Source of the DNA: Folioceros fuciformis
Lineage: Eukaryota
Length of the DNA stretch: 37,474 nt
Reading direction: 5' to 3'
Assembly (NCBI GenBank): GCA_049999805.1
Contig: JBNGIO010006317.1
Span: 274,182 to 311,655 of the forward strand
Shown: piece after piece, positions 31,701-37,474 of the stretch
Layout: the number at the start of each line of letters is the position of its first letter
Numbering within the stretch: position 1 is the first letter of the stretch
Position numbers and translations under genes: made by a program
Notes under the pieces: generated by a model
Database searches by the model: none
Told to the model about the DNA's origin: nothing
What the model saw: only the letters and a program-made list of their open reading frames with translations

Positions 31701-34114
31701 TGAAGGGGAAAGCCTTTCTACTGAAATTACCGTACTTTCCACCGTTCGCGAAATCACACTGTCGATTTGACCTGGTGTGGATTTTCTCAGAGTGTCCGCT
31801 TTCTCCCCACCTTCCTCTGTTGTTTTGTTCCCACCTTCAGGCAGAGGGGACGATTGAGCAGGACCAGAAGTGTCGGCAAGTTCCTCTTCTGATCTTCCTT
31901 GCTCAACCTCGTCCTGTGAAGGTGTGACATTCAGATCTGGAACAGCAACTGTTGCTTCACCAGTTCCCACCTGAAAATCCTGCAACAGAGCAGAACAAAA
32001 GGTGGTCAAACTCTCAAAAGAATAGAAGAATCTGTTGACTCCAGCAGATATTCAGACCAAGGAAATGGTACTCAGCTACAAGTCTTCCATGAGCTACGGT
32101 AGAGTTTGCAATTCCTGGTGCCTTGAAATGCTTCATATATCATTCGAGCACAGTTGTTCTCTACAAATCGCTGTGCAATTTCAAGCAATCCAGCGGACAA
32201 TCTAAGAAGTCTACAACCCAGTGTGCACCTGTTCGAACGCATAGCAGCATCCTATCAACATTGACATTATTTCACGCTTACAAATGACGCTGATGTGGCT
32301 GGACCCTCTGCAACTGAATAGAGGCGAGATCGAGCTTTCCACAGACAGGAAGAATTGTCCGAGGCAAGAAGGCCATCGACAAGAGGGCCAAAATTCCCCT
32401 TATTTCACCAATTGGACTGCCTACATGTGCTACGGGAAGAGGCAAACAAGGATGTCCACCTGATTGAGACTTGAGGACTCGGAGGCATGTTGCTTAGCAT
32501 GGTACTGCTTCTCCCAAAGCCTCTGTGCTTTCTCTTCAGCTTCGTACTCTGCGATAAGCTTCTCAAAGTTTTTGCTTGCATCATCCGACAAGTTGTCCTT
32601 TTCACCATTCGCTTCCATGACTGCTGCAACGTTGCTTCCCATCGTCAGTGAACAAGCTTCACTGCTCACAGTAACTTTTGCATCCCCAGATCCATCCAAC
32701 AAAACTGAGTTATCTTCTGATTTGTGCTGAAGAATGTTAACAACATCACCCATCCAACCTAGAAGTTCACGCCTATCCATATACTCCTCAGTCCTTCCCT
32801 CCGATAATGTACCCATTTGCTCACCTAAGCGATTCCACATCCCCTTGAGCCGCTCCTCGACAACCCTGTACACAGAAGCGGGGACATTTAGGAGGAAACA
32901 GCATACAGTTGGTGGCATTGACAGGCACGGTCGAGAATATGGAGCTGGACAAGGGCTATCGTGAAACGCGGACAAACATCCCGGTACCTGGTTTCCCTCC
33001 TTTGAATCCGACGAAGAGATCTACCGTTTCTCCTCCTTGGAGAGTCCACCATAGAATCTGGTAGGGATTCGGCAGACCATACAGTCTTCATAGCTGTTTC
33101 TGATGACGGCTTCTTATCTTCAGCCTGTGAGCTATCTTGGCTACCGGGATCACCCCTCTTTCCTTTCCAGGCAATTGGCTTTTGCTGTGCTTGAAACTCG
33201 GGAGCATCAGCCGCAAATACAGGGGCATCTTCTTCAGAGCTGGAATCTTCGTCCCCGTTCTGCTCTACAGCTCCCGTTTGCCCTGCCTTTGAATTACCTT
33301 CCCCTCCGGAATCTCGCTTTCCGGATCCTTCCTCACTGGCTGCAAACCTCCCAGTCTCATTCGCGCCCTTCGCACTGCCGTCGGCGGCAAAGTTCTCCGA
33401 GGAAGGGTTTTGGACAGAGTTCTTGCTTTCAAGCTCCAACCTCGCGATTACTGAGCTGAAGAAAACCGTGGAGTCAGGCACAAGACCTGCTTGACAGAGC
33501 AGAGAGAGCGCCTCCCCCAGCACAGCGTCCACCTTCTTCCTTTGGACGGACTCCAACTCCAGCTTGAGCTCGAGCTCTGAAACCTGCCGTCAATTGCAAA
33601 TGGAAACCGGCCATCAATTCCCAACGATGTTTCCTGGCTGGTCAGCAAAGATTATCACAACACACTGTCCAGTTGCAAAACGCACCCTCCTGGCAAGCAA
33701 GTGTGCCCGCTGTTTCGCTGCTTTCGACGCTGACCGCTCAGACAACAGCCTTGCTCGGAGAAACTCGATAGTCATTGCGGCCGGATCTTCTCCCAAAGAA
33801 TGCCGCCTGCATAATTTACAGTGAACGCACTCTTAGTCTCGTGAAGTCGAAACCCAAGAAATACACAAGCGTGAGAGTTCCGACAAGTGCCCAAGACCTA
33901 CATCGTTAAGACCTTTGAATGAGAGCTTCAACACAAGCTAGGCGGCCAACCTGTCCAGAGAAGAAGTTCCATTCGCCAGCTCCCCTTGGTGTTTCTCTGG
34001 CTTCGCTTCCGCAGCCTCCTGGCAAGGCTGAGATGCTCCCTTGGCAGACACAGCAGCTGGTGCGTCGAGTTGCGCCGCATCATGCACCCCCTGATTCGAC
34101 GACTTCGAAGCCAT
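28788..34114 (-). CDS. Plant-specific uncharacterised coiled-coil/disordered protein, ~1492 aa; predicted exons 34114-33951, 33806-33686, 33583-32988, 32865-32460, 31979-28788
   Basis: Recognised family motifs AMTIEFLRARLLSERSASKAAKQRA, IAWKG, LIAEYEAEEKAQRLWE and ILRALQLAK. Four GT-AG introns with matching phases 2,0,2,0; long open final exon. Confidence 0.85.
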
Positions 34115-36742
34115 TGCGAAGACCGTCGATCAAAACATCCGCTCTCCCTCAACTGAACGTGAGCACACAACACAACAGCATTATTCAGCGCGTCCGTCCT
34201 CTGCCAGCTCCATCACATCACCTCCAATTCAATGCCGGACTGTCTCTCCCCCTCTCCTCCCCTCCCACTACCACAGCAATTGGCCATCTGCCGCACCAGC
34301 ATTGCAAAGCCAAGGCATTTGGCCTGCCACAAGCGGGCAGGGTCTCGCAGATCTCCCGACTATATCGACTTCCGTGCCAAAAGAAGGCAATCCCGGGCAA
34401 ACAAACATCTTAAGCACGAAACTCAAGACACACACAGATTACACACCTCCTCATCCTCGCTTCCACGCTGGCCGCACCCGAGTTCCAAGGCTTGTTCGCT
34501 CCGAAAAAATTTCGCATTCAAAAACCTGTAACGGCGGCTCCGAATCCGTCCTTGCCGCGCCCGAGCCAAACCTCAATCACACAGAATCCAGCTTCACGCT
34601 GCCTCCTCGCAGCACAGCCGGGAGGCTTCATATCGTCCAAATCCAAAACACATTCCAGAGATGGAACAAAAGATCTCAGGGTCCGATGCCGGATCTCAAG
34701 CTCCCTGACTCCTTCCTTCCTCCACTGCCGCCCCCTCTCCAGCTGCGAGCTCGCCCTGCCTGTGCTTTTGGAAAGAACAAAACACGGGATGCACAACCGG
34801 CCGCACGCCGGCGAGCGAGCAAGGCGGGAAGCGCCTCCGAATCCGGCACCAATGCTGAGAATTCCAGGCTGTGCGCAGGGCCAGAGCAGGCAGGCCCACC
34901 CTGCTGCAGCTACGCACACCACTACAGGCTCGTCACGTCAAGGCGGACGCACACACACCCACTCACAGTAGATGTTTATCTCTCTTCTCTCTACCCCAGG
35001 CCAGCTCTTTGAGAGAATAGCTAAGTATGTACATATTTAGGTCCACTTTCGGCCCTGACAGCCGGGTCCCCTTCCGCTCGCTTTCCGGACCACCCACGCT
35101 GGCCCACGCCCATGTCTCCCCTTGCAAGCCTGGCCCTGAGCCCCCATCAGCCCTTACAACAAAAGTTGCATCAAACTGTCACTCGAACTGATGCAGAGAG
35201 AGGTACAGTACCTTTGTAACGGGAAGAAGAGCGCCAAATTAGGGCCGTCCCTCACACGCATTGGGAACCACCCTGCAGTCTATTTGGATGGCTGTTTTTT
35301 GACTGCCGTCTGCCGTCACCACTTATTGCGCTCTCTGCCGACACCCTCGGCCGCCCTCCACAGTACTGTATCTCTTCGGGTCCCACATCCTTCTCTTGTC
35401 CAGCTGGGACCGACTTGCAGCAAATCCTACAATCAAAGTTTAACGAGAAGACACATAATCACAAGCTGGGATGCTCTTGGTGCGCAAATCTGCAGAGTGC
35501 CACCAAGACCTGCTTACGGAATCCCAATCGAAGTGCTTATCGAATAAGTGAATTTCGAGAATCGGAGCCATTTCAGTGCTTGCTTACTATGTTTGAACAG
35601 TGGATGAAGGGAGTCTGCTGCGAATGGATCTCTTGACTGGTCCACTGCAAGGCTACAAAGCAGAGCAACGAACGCGACGCCGTACCACTACCACAAGACA
35701 TGAAAAGGGATTCTTACCGACATGTGCACAACATAAATGGAGGCAAGACGGGGGGAGGAGGAACAGCGTATCGGGGACCGGTGATTCAGGATGCTTACCA
35801 AACATGGTGGAAGCGTACCCACACGGCCCTTTCTAATCCTGCCGGCATCCACTTAACCACCATCCGTGTCCTGTCTTAAACGGCCTCGCGGGACTGATCA
35901 TGTCCATCTCTGGTCCCATGTGCGCAGCGTGTGAGACCCACCAGGGCCGGGCGGCATCCTCGTACTGTACAGGAGGCACTCAGTGACTGTAGGTGGAGCA
36001 TGGAGTGAACGACGTGGATAATTGTGCATATGTACAAGGTTCGTAGGCCGCTGAAAACAAGAGTAGATTGGATGATCACGTCAAGAACGAGGCAAGCTGC
36101 GGGCATGCAAGCGGCATCGTTTTGCAAACAATCTGACAGATAAAAGCATGTGATGAGCTTCGCTAACATGGAAGCGACCCAAAATCATATGCTCGGACAC
36201 TCGAATTGTAAAGTACCTCGGTCTGCAAACCTCAGCTCCCACGGGGCTGCAGCTGCTGCCTGGCACGGGGTCAGGACATTCGGTCAGCCCTGGCCACGCA
36301 GATACACAATGCATTACAGACAGGGCGTACATGGTCACGTACCTAATCAACAGGCTCACATGTACTGATTCGCCTCGCAACAATGGAGACGAGACAGTGC
36401 GAGAGAGAGGGAGTCTGGCTCACCTGACCTGATTGATAATTAAAGAATTAACTACCCGGACCAGTCCAGTGCTGCCTGCCAGTGCCAGCATTGTGGCAGC
36501 CATGCAGTCCAGCGTCATCAGGATCTCTCTGAGACGATAACACACTTGCTGCGAGCGCCGAACACACGCCAGTCAACAACCTGGAGAGAGGTGCTTGACG
36601 GGCGGCGTCAGTAACACCAAATAATTGACATGTTCCAGCAGATGCATGGCCTGTACACAAGGAACGTCGGGCAGCGGGTGTGCCCAGCCCAACAAGTTGG
36701 TCGGATAGTCGAGCTGTCAAATCAGATATGGATGACCATCCG

Positions 36743-37474
36743 TCAGGAAAGAGCAGCAGCCGGAGTTTCCCCTGGTTGGGGAGCGAGATCGTTCTTGTTG
36801 AACCTCTCCTCGTCGTAAAAGCTGGCCCTCACCACCCTGCCTCCGAAGAACCGGCCGTCCAAATCGACAAGGGCTTTTGTTGCTTGCTCTGCTCTTTCGA
36901 ACTGGATGAAGATCCTCACCGCCTCGGTAACAGGGAAGTCCGGCTCTGTGATCTCAAATATCAAAACCCTGGTCACAGTGCCATATTTGGTGCACTCCGA
37001 TGCCACTTCGTCCTCCAGCTCGTCATCCACTTCACCAGGCCCGACCTGTTTGTTCCACAAGGCACAAGCAGCAACACCATTCAATTTCGTTTCTTGCTCA
37101 CACAAAACACGGACAAAATCGGCATTCAGCCGAATGTAACATGTTACAGCGTGCTTTCACATCATGAGAATAACCATGGGCCAAGAACTTCTATCACCAG
37201 CGTTGTAACAACCCTGAAAACACAATGCACCAGCAAGCTCACCATGTTCCTCAGCAGCACAACCCTAGTAGGAGGCCCAGAAATCGCAACCCCAGCCTTC
37301 GCCTTCTTCTCAGGCTTGACTTCCCCAGCGTTCACAATTACTCCAGCTCTCTTATCTGTCTTCCTGGCCATAAGCGGAGTGGTGATGCCCTGTTCCTGCT
37401 TCCCGAGCCCCTGCCCCTCCTTCCACCCCATTCTAGCCATCATCCTCTGTGCGGCCGTCATCTGCCCACCAGCA
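36743..37474 (-). CDS. DRT111: 3' part of splicing factor SPF45 homologue (DRT111/RSN2); exons >37474-37243 and 37045-36743
   Basis: G-patch AQRMMARMGWKEGQGLGKQEQGITTPL and UHM/RRM VVLLRNM|VGPGEVDDELEDEV...LDGRFFGGRVV; phase-0 GT-AG intron 37242-37046. Confidence 0.96.

Noticed and set aside
34302-35012. 236-aa plus-strand ORF
   Set aside because: Non-ATG start, no domain; antisense to the likely 5' UTR/promoter of the coiled-coil gene.
35190-36720. Short ORFs or a miRNA/snRNA between the coiled-coil gene and DRT111
   Set aside because: No recognisable protein, conserved miRNA, tRNA or snRNA sequence; probably intergenic DNA and DRT111 3' UTR.

Overview
Eukaryotic nuclear DNA from a land plant; compact genes, short GT-AG introns and divergent orthologues suggest a non-seed plant such as a hornwort (inference). 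It is a draft scaffold with four N gaps. Host genes, left to right: 3' end of a probable DREB/ERF factor (+), RPAP2/RIMA (+), intronless pheophorbide a oxygenase PAO (-), a 5-exon calcineurin-B-sized EF-hand gene (+), a ~1490-aa plant-specific coiled-coil/disordered protein (-) and the 3' part of splicing factor DRT111/SPF45 (-). Two transposons could be delimited by eye: a 4.6-kb MULE (33-bp TIRs, 9-bp TSD, decayed transposase) just upstream of RPAP2, and a 5.8-kb Galadriel-like Ty3/gypsy chromovirus whose LTRs end in non-canonical AG...CT with a 5-bp TSD. Positions 16.3-23.5 kb are gene-free and rich in tandem repeats. Best leads: the AG...CT LTR termini, the MULE related to a conserved host SWIM-finger family, the atypical CNB/CBL-like Ca2+ sensor, and a thrice-repeated LALPSYAGEG motif conserved only at protein level. 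All homology calls are from recalled motifs, and splice models are manual predictions.
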